Assembly: GCF_041919235.1 (NCBI RefSeq)
Contig: NZ_JAYRUC010000022.1
Location: 22,138-86,137, forward strand
DNA: 64,000 bases
Direction of reading: 5' to 3'
DNA from: Pandoraea sp.
GTDB lineage: Bacteria; Pseudomonadota; Gammaproteobacteria; Burkholderiales; Burkholderiaceae
Below, one piece after another: positions 18,545 through 29,025 of this stretch (position 1 is its first letter; every line of letters begins with the position of its first letter). Below the pieces are notes generated by a model, which saw only the letters and a list, made by a program, of their open reading frames with translations, ran no database searches and had not been told where the DNA came from. The translations under genes and the position numbers were made by a program.

Positions 18545-18725
18545 ACACGTCTTCAGGGCGGGGTGAAAGTCCCCACCGGCGGTAGGTGACGTTGCGCAGT
18601 GCAAGCTGCGTACGTCACGAGCCCGCGAGCGCTTGCCCCCGTCGCTTTCGCGACACCGGCAGGGTCAGCAGATCTGGTGCGATGCCAGAGCCGACGGTCA
18701 TAGTCCGGATGAGAGAAGATGCGTC
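18545..18725 (+). promoter_or_regulatory. FMN riboswitch (RFN element)
   Basis: Conserved RFN blocks are read directly: cttcagggcggggtgaaagtccccaccggcggta ... agcccgcgagcg ... ggtcagcagatctggtgcgatgccagagccgacggt.atagtccggatgagagaaga. Lies upstream of ribB. Confidence 0.9.
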
Positions 18726-18821
18726 GATACCCGCGCGCCATGGAACTACGTTCCGTGGTGGCGTCCGTTCGCATGCCCCGAAAACGTTTTTCGCCCGATT
18801 GATTTACGCGAGGAGCGTTTC

Positions 18822-19574
18822 ATGTCCGATATCACAAGCCCTACCCACGCAGCGCAGCAACAGGCCGCATCGGCCGCCCATTCGACTGGAGCAACCGGAA
18901 CGACTGGCGCGACCGGCGATCTGCACGCCTACCCGGCATTCGCCAACCTGCCGCCGGTCGAAGTCCGCCTGGCGGCATCGCTCGAGGCCATGCGCGAAGG
19001 CCGTCCGGTCATTCTCATGGACGATCTCGACCGCGAAAACGAAGCCGATCTGATCGTCGCCGCCGAGAAAATCACCCCAGCCACCATGGCCATGCTGATT
19101 CGCGAATGCAGTGGCATCGTCTGCCTATGCCTGCCCGACGAGACACTGCGCCGTCTCGATCTGCCGCCGATGGTCGAGCAAAACCAAAGCCGTTACGGCA
19201 CGGCCTTCACGGTCACGATCGAAGCGCGTCAGGGCGTGAGCACCGGGGTCTGCGCCGCCGACCGCGTGACCACGATTCGCGCGGCCATTGCCGACGATGC
19301 CCAGCCCTCCGATCTGTCCCGCCCGGGCCACGTCTTCCCGCTGCGCGCACAGCCGGGCGGCGTGCTCACGCGTCGCGGTCACACCGAAGGCTCGGTCGAT
19401 CTGGCCATGCTCGCCGGTCTGAAACCGGCCGCCGTGTTGTGCGAGTTGATGAATCCGGACGGCACAATGACGCGCGGCGTCGACATCGAGCGCTTCGCCG
19501 AGCAACACGACCTGCCGATACTGACCATCGATGAGTTGGCCACCTATCGCCGCGGCCGCGCACAAGCGGCCTGA
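18822..19574 (+). CDS. ribB: 3,4-dihydroxy-2-butanone-4-phosphate synthase
   Basis: Contains [23 protein letters not shown]...[17 protein letters not shown] lies upstream of the ATG at 18822. Has an N-terminal low-complexity extension ([12 protein letters not shown]). Confidence 0.9.
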   Translation: MSDITSPTHAAQQQAASAAHSTGATGTTGATGDLHAYPAFANLPPVEVRLAASLEAMREGRPVILMDDLDRENEADLIVAAEKITPATMAMLIRECSGIVCLCLPDETLRRLDLPPMVEQNQSRYGTAFTVTIEARQGVSTGVCAADRVTTIRAAIADDAQPSDLSRPGHVFPLRAQPGGVLTRRGHTEGSVDLAMLAGLKPAAVLCELMNPDGTMTRGVDIERFAEQHDLPILTIDELATYRRGRAQAA

Positions 19575-19740
19575 GCCCACGCCCCGACGTGCGCCCCCGA
19601 AGTCACGACGACGGTGTCAGCCGCCATCGCCGTGACTTCGGCTCGATGCCGCCCTCTAACGCAGAACGCCATAAGCGAACACCACGACTTTTATAATCGG
19701 ACGATTTCGCTAGCATCATAAAAGCCACGAGGAAGACGTC

Positions 19741-20307
19741 ATGAATATCCGACCGGATGCCGCCGCCGTATTGGCGCAATGGAATGCGGACGAAAGCGCC
19801 GTGCGTGAGCGGCTTGCACGCAATGGTCCCCTGCGCTACGGCGTCGCCGCGCCTTCGGACGTCATCGGTCTGTCGGGCCAGGAGATTTTCCAGGCGATGT
19901 TCGACGGCAAGCTCCCGATGCCCCCCATCAGTGAGACGCTCGGCTTCATCGCCATCGAAGTCGGGAATGGCCGCGCCGTATTTCAGGGTCGCCCGGCGCT
20001 GCCGTATTACAACCCGCTCGGTGCGGTCCATGGCGGCTGGTTCGCCACCCTGCTCGACTCGGCCGTCGCCTGCGCGGTTCATTCGACGTTGCCTGCGGGG
20101 CGCAGCTACACCACGCTTGAACTCAAGACGAACATGGTCCGGGCCCTCACGCGCGACATACCGTGCGTACGGGCAGAGGGCGAAGTCATTCAGGTGGGGC
20201 GCCAGGTCGGCATTGCCGAGGGCCGCATCGTCGGTCCGGACGGCACGTTGTATGCGCACGCCACGACCACCTGTCTTATTTTCGACTTCCCGCCGCGCAC
20301 GGCATAA
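19741..20307 (+). CDS. PaaI-family hotdog-fold thioesterase
   Basis: Core reads NPLGAVHGGWFATLLDSA...TLELKTNMVRA... Confidence 0.8.
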   Translation: MNIRPDAAAVLAQWNADESAVRERLARNGPLRYGVAAPSDVIGLSGQEIFQAMFDGKLPMPPISETLGFIAIEVGNGRAVFQGRPALPYYNPLGAVHGGWFATLLDSAVACAVHSTLPAGRSYTTLELKTNMVRALTRDIPCVRAEGEVIQVGRQVGIAEGRIVGPDGTLYAHATTTCLIFDFPPRTA

Positions 20308-20325
20308 ACGACACGCCGCATTCTG

Positions 20326-20371
20326 AAAAAACCCGCCGGAGGGAATGAATCGGCCTCCGGCGGGTTTTTTT
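20326..20371. terminator. Bidirectional rho-independent terminator between convergent genes
   Basis: aaaaaa-acccgccggagg-loop-cctccggcgggt-ttttttt. Confidence 0.85.
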
Positions 20372-20414
20372 GCGGTATGCCGCCACGCGGTCGTCGCAAC
20401 GGCATGCACGTCAT

Positions 20415-22196
20415 TCAATGCGGCGAACCGCCGCCTTTCTCGCTATCGGGTTGATGTTCGAGCGTTTCCTTGAGCGCGATCTGGAGCTTTGCGTGCATCC
20501 GCACGAACCAGCTTCGCATGACGATGGCCAGCACCACCGTGCCTGCGACGATCAGCACAATCATCTCCGTGGACGGCAGAATGCTCGCCGACAGGGCCGC
20601 CACCAACAGGATCACGCCAACCATCGCGGCAATGGGCAGAATCTCGGCCACCACACGTCGCACCTGGAGCGTGTAACGCCCGGTCAGGCTCGGCGGCACC
20701 GACAACTCCACCAGCAACAGCGAGAGCGATTTGAGCTTGCGGTACACCGCGATCAGGAACGGCAGCGACAGCACGAGCGCCACGCCCCAGACCACCGCAC
20801 TCTGCAGGCTCGGGTCGCGCACCCACGGCGACATCAGTTCGGCCAGTCGCCGATAGAAGAAAGCACCGCCGAGGAAGATCGTCACGACGAGCGCAAGATT
20901 GATCGCCACGCTCACCACGATGCGACGCACGATCGCGACAAGCGCAGCGCTATCGCCCGTCAGATGAATGCTCTGCAGCCACTGGGTGTACTGCCCGAGC
21001 ACGTAAGTCAGGCGCCCCGGCATCGCGCGGCCGAGCCAGCCGGTGACCGGATCGGCGCTCTTGATCAGGTACGGCGTGAGCAGTGTCGTGATGACCGAAA
21101 CCGCGACGGCAATCGGGTAAAGAAAGTCGCTCGTCACCTTGAGCGAAAGGCCCAGCGCCGCAATGATGAAGGAGAACTCGCCGATCTGCGACAGGCCCAT
21201 GCCCACACGCATCGATGTGCGGCCGTCCTGCCCCGAGAGATACGCGCCCAGGCCGCACGACACGATCTTGCCGACCACGACCGCCAGGGTAATGACCAGA
21301 ATCGGCCAGATATACGTGACGAGCACGTGCGGGTCGAGCAGCAGACCGATGGTGACGAAGAACACCGCGCTGAACATGTCGCGCAGCGGCGCAACCAGCC
21401 GCTCGATGGTGTGCAGCTCACGCGCTTCGGCCATGATCGCGCCGATCAGGAACGCGCCGAGCGCCACGCTGTATCCCATCTTGATCACCAACAGGCAGAA
21501 GCCAAAACACAGGCCGAGCACGACCACCAGCAACATCTCGTCGCTCTTGAATTTCGCCACATACGCCAGAATGCGCGGCACGAGCAGAATGCCCACGACG
21601 AGCGACACCACCATGAACAGCAGCAGCTTGCCCAGCGTGAAGGTGGCCTCGCCTGCATCGACCGAGCCGCTCAGTGCAATGCCCGAGAGCAGCGCGATCA
21701 TGCCGATGGCAAGCACGTCTTCCACGATCAGCACGCCGAAAATGAGCTGGGCAAAGCGCTCGCGCTTCATGCCGAGTTCGTCGAGCGCCTTGACGATGAT
21801 GGTGGTCGACGAGACCGCGAGCATGGCGCCGAGGAAGATCGAGTCCATCGCCTTCCAGCCGAAGAAGCGCCCGATTTCATAGCCGAGCCAGAGCATCAGC
21901 ACGATTTCGGTGATCGCTGCCACGAATGCCGTCACGCCCACCCGCGCGAGCTTGCGCAGGCTGAACTCCAGCCCCAGCGAGAACATCAGGAACACGACAC
22001 CGAGTTCGGCCAATATGCCGATGGTCTTCTCGTCGTGTATCAGCGCGAACGGCGGTGTGTACGGGCCGATGATCACGCCCGCCACAATGTAGCCGAGCAC
22101 GACCGGCTGCCGAAATCGGTTGAAGATGACCGTCACAATGCCGGCCAACAGCATGATGACGGCCAGATCCTGAATGAAGTCGATGGCGTGATGCAT
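20415..22196 (-). CDS. Cation:proton antiporter (CPA2/Kef-like)
   Basis: Starts MHHAIDFIQDLAVIMLLAGIVTVIFNRFRQPVVLGYIVAGVIIGP and is multi-TM. The upstream 114 codons of the track ORF are not protein-like. Confidence 0.85.
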   Translation of the reverse strand: MHHAIDFIQDLAVIMLLAGIVTVIFNRFRQPVVLGYIVAGVIIGPYTPPFALIHDEKTIGILAELGVVFLMFSLGLEFSLRKLARVGVTAFVAAITEIVLMLWLGYEIGRFFGWKAMDSIFLGAMLAVSSTTIIVKALDELGMKRERFAQLIFGVLIVEDVLAIGMIALLSGIALSGSVDAGEATFTLGKLLLFMVVSLVVGILLVPRILAYVAKFKSDEMLLVVVLGLCFGFCLLVIKMGYSVALGAFLIGAIMAEARELHTIERLVAPLRDMFSAVFFVTIGLLLDPHVLVTYIWPILVITLAVVVGKIVSCGLGAYLSGQDGRTSMRVGMGLSQIGEFSFIIAALGLSLKVTSDFLYPIAVAVSVITTLLTPYLIKSADPVTGWLGRAMPGRLTYVLGQYTQWLQSIHLTGDSAALVAIVRRIVVSVAINLALVVTIFLGGAFFYRRLAELMSPWVRDPSLQSAVVWGVALVLSLPFLIAVYRKLKSLSLLLVELSVPPSLTGRYTLQVRRVVAEILPIAAMVGVILLVAALSASILPSTEMIVLIVAGTVVLAIVMRSWFVRMHAKLQIALKETLEHQPDSEKGGGSPH

Positions 22197-22652
22197 CCGA
22201 TACGTTCTCCCCGAGGCGCGTTGCGCCGTTATTGATGTTCTTGAGGCCACGCCCGCTACGCGCCGCTCCCGTCGGGATGCTGCGGTAACACAAGGCGTGA
22301 TGCTTGATGAAGGTGGGAAGCCGGCGGGGTGCCACCGGCTTGATAGACGTTGCCTGGATTCGCCCGTCGCCCCCCGACGAATCTGTCGCCGAGGCGCTGA
22401 CCTGCGCCCCCCCGGAGGGTCTCCGGCCCCGTGCCCGGATCGGCAAAACCCGCCGAACGGCCCGCCCGAGCGCGGCGAAAAACCAATATACGCGATGGGC
22501 GAACACGCGCGCAACCCAAGATTGACGGGGCTTTTCATAAAAAATTCCCTTCCCGGTCACACTCAATGAAATTTTTCTTCTTGCCTTTTGTCTCGTCCCC
22601 TTGTGAAATATCACATAAATATCAATTGAATTTCATGGGGAGTTCACGACGT

Positions 22653-23339
22653 ATGCGTTTTCGTCTGTCGTTTAGCGTGTCGGGTGACGGCGCCGAGAAG
22701 AATGTCGACGTGCCGGTCGACACATTGATCGTCGCCGGCTGGGCGGGACGCGATCTCGACGCGGTCGAGCACCACATCGCCGAGTTGGCCGCACTGGGGG
22801 TGCGCCGCCCGTCGAGCACGCCGTGCTTCTACCGGCTCGCGCCCGCGCTGCTGTCACAGGGCGAGGCCATCGACGTCGTGGGCCAGACCAGCAGCGGCGA
22901 AGCCGAATGCGTGCTCCTGCGCCACGGCGACGAGCTGCTCGTGAGCGTAGGCTCCGATCACACCGACCGAGAGGTCGAGGCGTACGGCGTGACCGTCTCG
23001 AAGCAGGTATGCGCGAAGCCGGTCGCGCGTGAGGCGTGGCGCTTTGCCGACGTTGCCGCGCACTGGGATCGATTGGCGCTGCGCTCCTGGGTGACGCAGC
23101 ACGGAGAACGGCGTCTATATCAGGACGGCACGGTGGCAAGCCTGCTCTCGCCGCAGACGCTGATGGCCAAGCTCGGGCCGCACGGCTTGCCGGCGGGCGC
23201 CGCGATGTTCTGTGGCACACTCGCTGCCATTGGCGGCGTGGCCGGCGGCGAGCGGTTCGAGATCGAACTGCACGACCCGGTCCTCGGCCGCACCCTCCGG
23301 CACAGCTACGCCACGCAGGTGCTCGCTATCGCCGACTGA
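22653..23339 (+). CDS. DUF2848 family protein
   Basis: Contains LIVAGWAGRDLDAVEHHIAELAALGV...SVGSDHTDREVE...SKQVCAKP. GGGGAG lies 10 nt upstream. The alternative start at 22635 has no SD. Confidence 0.7.
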   Translation: MRFRLSFSVSGDGAEKNVDVPVDTLIVAGWAGRDLDAVEHHIAELAALGVRRPSSTPCFYRLAPALLSQGEAIDVVGQTSSGEAECVLLRHGDELLVSVGSDHTDREVEAYGVTVSKQVCAKPVAREAWRFADVAAHWDRLALRSWVTQHGERRLYQDGTVASLLSPQTLMAKLGPHGLPAGAAMFCGTLAAIGGVAGGERFEIELHDPVLGRTLRHSYATQVLAIAD

Positions 23340-23359
23340 CTGCGCCCAACCCCAACCCG

Positions 23360-24088
23360 ATGCCCAACGACACGCCTCTCAAGCCCGATCCCGCCGCTGC
23401 CGCTGATCCCGCTAATCTCGCTGATCCCGCCACCAACGTGACGCAAGCCGCTGCCGATGGCCGCAGCCTGACCGAGCGCGCTTACGAAGCGATCAAGCAC
23501 GACATCATCACCTTGCGGCTGCGCCCTGGCGAGACGCTCAACGAAGTCCAGTTGATGCAGTCCACGGGGCTTGGGCGCACACCGGTCCACCAGGCGATGC
23601 ACCGGCTGGCGCTGGAAGGGTTGCTGGTCATCCTGCCGCGCAAGGGCGCGCTGGTGGCGCCCGTCTCGCTCAACGACGCGCTCGAGATCATCGACGTTCG
23701 CATGATCAACGAGGCGTATTGCGTGGAACTGGCCGCGCGCGCGGCCACCCCGGCCGACCTCGCGGCCATAAAGGCTGTGCTGGCGCGCTCGCACGAGGCC
23801 ATCGCCACGCGCGATGTCGCCGAAATGATGCGCATCGACCGCGACTTCCATCTGGCGATCTCTCGTGCCTCGCGCAACCAGACGCTCGCCGAACTGCTGC
23901 GCGGCCTGCACGAACGCTCGCTGCGTTTCTGGTTTCTCGCCCTGTCGACGCCGAGTCATCTGGAAGGCGTCTACGAGGAGCATCTCGAACTGTTCGAAGC
24001 GCTCGCCGCGCACGACGCCGAGCGCGCCCGCCGGGCCATCGCCCGCCATATCGAAGAATTCCGCACCCATATCCTGAAAGCGATCTGA
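23360..24088 (+). CDS. GntR/FadR-family transcriptional regulator
   Basis: Winged HTH (RAYEAIKHDIITLRLRPGETLNEVQLMQSTGLGRTPVHQAMHRLALEGLL) plus an FCD-like C-terminal domain. Confidence 0.9.
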   Translation: MPNDTPLKPDPAAAADPANLADPATNVTQAAADGRSLTERAYEAIKHDIITLRLRPGETLNEVQLMQSTGLGRTPVHQAMHRLALEGLLVILPRKGALVAPVSLNDALEIIDVRMINEAYCVELAARAATPADLAAIKAVLARSHEAIATRDVAEMMRIDRDFHLAISRASRNQTLAELLRGLHERSLRFWFLALSTPSHLEGVYEEHLELFEALAAHDAERARRAIARHIEEFRTHILKAI

Positions 24089-24090
24089 AC

Positions 24091-25476
24091 ATGAGCACCG
24101 ACGCCATCGATCTGAAACGCCCCCTGCCCGAACTCGCCGCCGCGCTCGACGCAGGGCGCACCACAAGCCGCGCATTGACCGAACAGGCGCTCGCGCGCAT
24201 CGCCGATCCGGCGGGCCAGGGCAACGTCGTCTTCACGCACGTCGATACGCAAGCCGCCCGCGACGCCGCCGACGGCCTCGACGCCCTGCGCCGGGCCGGC
24301 GTGCGTTTGTCGCCGCTGATGGGCATTCCCGTGTCGGTGAAGGATTTGTTCGACGTGGCCGGGCAAGTTACGCGCGCGGGCTCCAAAGTTCTGTCGGACG
24401 CCGCCCCGGCCAGGCACGATGCACTTGCCGTGGCGCGCCTGCGTCGGGCCGGCGCGGTGATCGTGGGGCGCACGAACATGACCGAGTTCGCGTTCTCCGG
24501 CCTGGGCCTGAACCCGCACTATGGCACGCCACGTTCGCCGTGGCAGCGCGCGGCGGGTCACGTCGCCGGCGGGTCGTCGTCAGGGGCAGCCGCGTCGGTG
24601 GCCGACGGCATGGCAGCCGTCGGACTCGGCACCGATACGGGCGGCTCGATCCGCATTCCTTCGGCGTTTTGCGCGCTGACGGGCTTCAAACCGACGGCGG
24701 CGCGCACACCGCGCGAAGGCGCCCTGCCGCTCTCGACCTCGCTCGACTCGGTCGGCCCCATCGGCCGCTCCGTCGATTGCTGCGCCTGGGTCGATGCCAT
24801 TCTTTCGGGCAATGCCGTCGACGAAACCTCGCAGGCGCCGCGCGACGTTCGCGGCATGCGCTTCGGCGTGTTGACGAACTTCGTGCTGGACGGCGCGCAA
24901 CCCGAGGCCCTGGCCATCTACGAGCGTGTGCTCGCGACCCTCGCCAAGGCAGGCGCGACGCTGGTGACGTTCGACTTCGCACCGTTCGACAATCTGCCTG
25001 CGATCAACCGCTTCGGCTTTTCGCCCATCGAGGCGTATGCGTGGCATCGCGCGCTGCTGGCCGAGCGTGCGCAGGACTACGATCCGCGCGTGCTGGTACG
25101 CATCCGGAAGGGCGCGCCGGCCAGCGCGGCCGACTACATCGACTTGCTGAACGCGCGCGCCGCCCTCATCGCCGCTGCGACCCGCGTCTGGCAACGCTTC
25201 GACGCAGTGCTGTGCCCGACCGTGCCGATCGCGCCACCGGCCATCGCGCCGCTCGAGGCGAGCGACGACGCGTTCACGGCAACCAACGCGCTGGTGCTGC
25301 GCAACCCCACGGCCATCAACATGATCGACGGGTGCGCGTTCTCGCTGCCGTGTCACGCTCAGGGAGAAGCACCGATCGGCCTGATGGTCAGCGCAGCGGC
25401 GGGCGACGACGCTCGCCTGTTTCCGGTCGGCCGCGCAATCGAGCACGCCCTGCGCGCGGCGGGCCTCGGCGGTTGA
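24091..25476 (+). CDS. Amidase-signature family amidase
   Basis: Carries GGSSSGAAASVA...GTDTGGSIRIPSAFC, the amidase signature. The start lies 2 nt after the GntR gene stop. Confidence 0.9.
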   Translation: MSTDAIDLKRPLPELAAALDAGRTTSRALTEQALARIADPAGQGNVVFTHVDTQAARDAADGLDALRRAGVRLSPLMGIPVSVKDLFDVAGQVTRAGSKVLSDAAPARHDALAVARLRRAGAVIVGRTNMTEFAFSGLGLNPHYGTPRSPWQRAAGHVAGGSSSGAAASVADGMAAVGLGTDTGGSIRIPSAFCALTGFKPTAARTPREGALPLSTSLDSVGPIGRSVDCCAWVDAILSGNAVDETSQAPRDVRGMRFGVLTNFVLDGAQPEALAIYERVLATLAKAGATLVTFDFAPFDNLPAINRFGFSPIEAYAWHRALLAERAQDYDPRVLVRIRKGAPASAADYIDLLNARAALIAAATRVWQRFDAVLCPTVPIAPPAIAPLEASDDAFTATNALVLRNPTAINMIDGCAFSLPCHAQGEAPIGLMVSAAAGDDARLFPVGRAIEHALRAAGLGG

Positions 25477-25516
25477 TGCTGCAAGCGCGGGCGCGGGGCG
25501 GCCGCGCCACCCGCGC

Positions 25517-25551
25517 ATCACGTGTCACGCGTCACGCGTCACGCGTCAACC
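25517..25551. repeat. 7-bp tandem repeat gtcacgc (3 perfect, 2 flanking degenerate)
   Basis: atcacgt gtcacgc gtcacgc gtcacgc gtcaacc, read directly. Intergenic. Confidence 0.8.
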
Positions 25552-25735
25552 GCGGGCATGGCGGGCTCGGCTGTCGGCGCAATGCACGCAAGCGTCTGAT
25601 TTTCGGGCAAAAAGTTCCGCACTTTTTCGGCTCACGTATGCATCGGGCTGGGGTTACAATGCCAGCCCAAGTGCCTGCCACCCGGCGTCATGCGGGGTTT
25701 CGCGGGATTCGTGATGGCCCACTGCCCGAAGTGAC

Positions 25736-26248
25736 ATGAACGCTCAAATCGACCCGGCCCTGCGCCGCGAACGCCTGCTGTACCTCCTGCTCACCGTCGT
25801 CTGCCTCGCCCTGTTGGGCGGCGCGCTGTACTTCCAGTACGTGCGTCACGAAGACCCGTGCCCGCTGTGCATTCTGACGCGCTACGCGCTCGTGCTGATC
25901 GCGATCTTCGGTCTGGTAGGCGCGCTCTCGCGTGGCTGGGCGAGCATTCAGTTCGCCCGCGTGCTTGCCGCGCTGTCGGCGATCGGCGGCATGGCGGCGT
26001 CGGGATATTTGATCTACGTGCAGGCCAATCCGCTGGTGAGCTGCGGGTATGACGTGGTCGAAGCGTTCGTCGACGCGTTGCCGACGTCGCGCATGCTGCC
26101 GCAAGTCTTCCAGGTGCAGGGAATGTGTCAGACGATGTACCCGCCGATCCTTGGTCTCACACTGCCGATGTGGTCGCTCGCCGCGTTTGTGGTGATTTTC
26201 CTGTCGCTGGCGCTGCATCGCCCGCGCCGCGCGATTTCACTGCGCTAA
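25736..26248 (+). CDS. dsbB: Disulfide bond formation protein B
   Basis: CPLC motif in the first periplasmic loop (HEDPCPLCILTRY). Four-TM layout. Confidence 0.9.
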   Translation: MNAQIDPALRRERLLYLLLTVVCLALLGGALYFQYVRHEDPCPLCILTRYALVLIAIFGLVGALSRGWASIQFARVLAALSAIGGMAASGYLIYVQANPLVSCGYDVVEAFVDALPTSRMLPQVFQVQGMCQTMYPPILGLTLPMWSLAAFVVIFLSLALHRPRRAISLR

Positions 26249-26385
26249 GCGTCACAGATCGTACCGGCCGCCTGTCTTCGGGCAGCGGCCGCGATTTCTC
26301 CGTCCCCCGCCTCGCCGCCCGCAGTCCCGCCTCGCCACAATCCCGCCTTCCCGCAGTCCCGCCTTCCCCGCACCGTCCCTCGCTC

Positions 26386-27387
26386 TCAAGGCCGCGCCAG
26401 CGCAGGCGTGTCCGTTCCGCCGCCGTTCGCGGCATCGAGCTCCGTCGCCACCTCCGCCACTCGCCGACGCAGCCACGTCACCTCCGGCGCCGCATGCGTA
26501 CGCTCGTGCCATAGCTGGTAGAACCGCATCGGCGGGAAGGCGAACGGCGACGGCAGCACGCGAATCGGCAGATAGCGGGCATAGTGCTGTGCGAACTGGC
26601 GTCCCGTCGTAAACACCAGATCGGTGCGCATCAGCACATACGGCACGAGTCCGAAGTACGGCATCGTCATCTGAATATTGCGGCGCAGGCCCTGTTCGGC
26701 CAGACACCCGTCGATGAAGCTATGCCGCTCGGCCACGTACGGGGTAGGCGCCAGATGCGGCAATTCCAGATAATGCTTAAGCGAAATGCCCTTGTTCGCG
26801 AGGGGATGCTGCGCGCCGAGCATGCAAACCACCTCGTCGTCGAACAGACGCGACATGTGCAGTTGCGGTGGCGGCTCCAGCCAGTTGCCGATCACGACGT
26901 CGAGCGCTCCGTTCTCCAGCGCGCCGGCGTAGTCGAAGCCCGTGTTGATCGGCTGTACGTGCAACCGGGCCGACGGCGCGTCACGGCGCAGCACTTCGGC
27001 GATGTTGGGGAGGAAAACGGCGTCCAGATAATCGGGCGCGCCGAGACGGAACGCCCGCGTGGTGGTCTGCGGCGCGAATTCCGTGGCGGGATGGGTAATG
27101 CGCTCGATGGCGGCGAGCGCGTCGGTCGCGTAGCCCAGCAGTTCCCGGCCGCGCTCGGTCGCCACCATGCCGCTCTTGCCACGCACCAGAATGGCGTCGC
27201 CGGTGATCTCGCGCAGGCGGCGCAGCGAGTTGCTGATGGCCGGCTGCGACTGGCCAAGCTTGAGCGCGGCGCGCGAGACGCTTTGCTCGGTCAGCAGCGT
27301 ATGCAGCACCCGCAGCAGGTAGGCGTCGATCTGTTCGCGGGGTCTTTGCATGGACGAGGACGCTCTGGGCAGCTTGGGTTGAGCCAT
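26386..27387 (-). CDS. LysR-family transcriptional regulator, divergent from xdhA
   Basis: LysR HTH (LLRVLHTLLTEQSVSRAALKLGQSQPAISNSLRRLRE). Confidence 0.9.
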   Translation of the reverse strand: MAQPKLPRASSSMQRPREQIDAYLLRVLHTLLTEQSVSRAALKLGQSQPAISNSLRRLREITGDAILVRGKSGMVATERGRELLGYATDALAAIERITHPATEFAPQTTTRAFRLGAPDYLDAVFLPNIAEVLRRDAPSARLHVQPINTGFDYAGALENGALDVVIGNWLEPPPQLHMSRLFDDEVVCMLGAQHPLANKGISLKHYLELPHLAPTPYVAERHSFIDGCLAEQGLRRNIQMTMPYFGLVPYVLMRTDLVFTTGRQFAQHYARYLPIRVLPSPFAFPPMRFYQLWHERTHAAPEVTWLRRRVAEVATELDAANGGGTDTPALARP

Positions 27388-27539
27388 AGTTTATGACAAT
27401 GCCGCCTCATCGGGGCGATCGAATAGGCATCATCATGGCCGCGAAATATTTACCTCCGCCGCCAGTGCTATCTTCGGTTCATCCTCACGCCGGCCATGTC
27501 CTGGCGCGTCTGCAATCCCACTGCACTACACTGAGAACC

Positions 27540-29012
27540 ATGGAGACACAAGCCATCCGCTTTTTTTACCGCGGCAAGGTGCACGAGGTCACTGGCGAGG
27601 CCACGACCCGCACCGTGCTTCAGTACACGCGCGAAGACCTGCATTGCACCGGCACCAAGGAAGGGTGTGCCGAAGGCGATTGCGGTGCCTGCACGGTCGT
27701 GATCGGCGAACTGGCCGACGATGGCAACGTGGCGCTGCGTGCCGTCAACGCCTGTATCCAGTTCCTGCCCACGCTCGACGGCCGCGCGCTCTTCACGGTC
27801 GAAGACCTGCGTGCCCCCGATGGCGCGCTGCACCCGGTGCAACAAGCGCTCGTGGACTGTCACGCCTCGCAGTGCGGCTTCTGCACGCCGGGCTTCGTGA
27901 TGTCGCTGTGGGCCATGTATGTGAACCGCCCGGCGCACGCCGGCTGCCCAACCCGGCGCGAAATCGACGACGTGCTCTCCGGCAATCTGTGCCGTTGCAC
28001 CGGCTATCGTCCGATCGTCGACGCCGCCCAGGCGATGTTCGACCTGCCGCGCCGCGACTTCGACCGCCCGGCGCTCGCAAAGCAACTCCAGGCGTTGCAG
28101 CGTGGCGACACGTTCTCGTATGCGCACGACGGCAGCGTGTTCCATGCGCCGCGCACGCTGGCCGCACTGGGCCGCCTGCGCGCGGCTCACCCGGACGCGC
28201 GCATTCTGGCCGGCAGCACCGACGTCGGCCTATGGGTCACCAAGCAATTCCGCGAGCTCAAGCATCTGATCTATATCGGACAGGTCGCGGAACTGCGCGA
28301 GATTTCCGAAGGGCCGAGCGGCCTCTATATCGGTGCGGGCGCGCTGCTCAACGATGCGTTCGATGCCCTCGTCGCGCACTATCCGGCGCTGGCCGAGATG
28401 CGGCAGCGCTTCGCCTCGTTCCCGATCCGCAACGCCGGGACACTGGGCGGCAACGTGGCGAACGGCTCGCCCATCGGCGACTCGATGCCTGGATTGATCG
28501 TGCTCGGAACGCGCATCGTGCTGCATCGCGAAGGGGCGGTGCGCGAGATGCCGCTCGAAGACTTCTATCTGGCCTATCAGAAAAACGCACTCGAAGCGGG
28601 CGAGTTCGTGCAGGGCATCCGCGTGCCGCTGCCGAGTGCGGCGCAACGCTTTCGCACCTACAAGCTGGCCAAACGCTTCGATCAGGACATCTCGGCAGTG
28701 TGCGCCGCCTTCGCGGTCGAACTCGACGGCGAGACCGTGCGCTCGGCGCGCGTGGCCTTTGGCGGCATGGCCGCCACGCCCAAGCGTGGCAGCGCCATCG
28801 AAGCCGCATTGACCGGCCAGCCGTGGACCGAAGCGACGGTGCGCGCCGCGATGGCGGCACTGCCTGCCGATTTCCAGCCGCTCTCCGACATGCGTGCGAC
28901 CAGCGCCTACCGGCTGGCCGGGGCGCAAAATCTGCTGTATCGTTTTTTCCTGGAAACGCGCATCGATGCGCCGCTTGCGGCGCACGAAGTCAACGCGTTC
29001 GCCCACAGCTAA
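27540..29012 (+). CDS. xdhA: Xanthine dehydrogenase small subunit (2Fe-2S + FAD-binding)
   Basis: Contains GTKEGCAEGDCGACTV and CHASQCGFCTPGF...NLCRCTGYRPI. Start taken at METQAIRFFYRG. Confidence 0.9.
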   Translation: METQAIRFFYRGKVHEVTGEATTRTVLQYTREDLHCTGTKEGCAEGDCGACTVVIGELADDGNVALRAVNACIQFLPTLDGRALFTVEDLRAPDGALHPVQQALVDCHASQCGFCTPGFVMSLWAMYVNRPAHAGCPTRREIDDVLSGNLCRCTGYRPIVDAAQAMFDLPRRDFDRPALAKQLQALQRGDTFSYAHDGSVFHAPRTLAALGRLRAAHPDARILAGSTDVGLWVTKQFRELKHLIYIGQVAELREISEGPSGLYIGAGALLNDAFDALVAHYPALAEMRQRFASFPIRNAGTLGGNVANGSPIGDSMPGLIVLGTRIVLHREGAVREMPLEDFYLAYQKNALEAGEFVQGIRVPLPSAAQRFRTYKLAKRFDQDISAVCAAFAVELDGETVRSARVAFGGMAATPKRGSAIEAALTGQPWTEATVRAAMAALPADFQPLSDMRATSAYRLAGAQNLLYRFFLETRIDAPLAAHEVNAFAHS

Positions 29013-29025
29013 CCGGAGGGTGCCC

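Noticed and set aside
20370-22235. 621-aa plus-strand ORF opposite the CPA2 antiporter
   Set aside because: It translates to His/Arg/Asp/Gln-rich sequence that does not look like protein, whereas the minus strand gives a clean multi-TM transporter.
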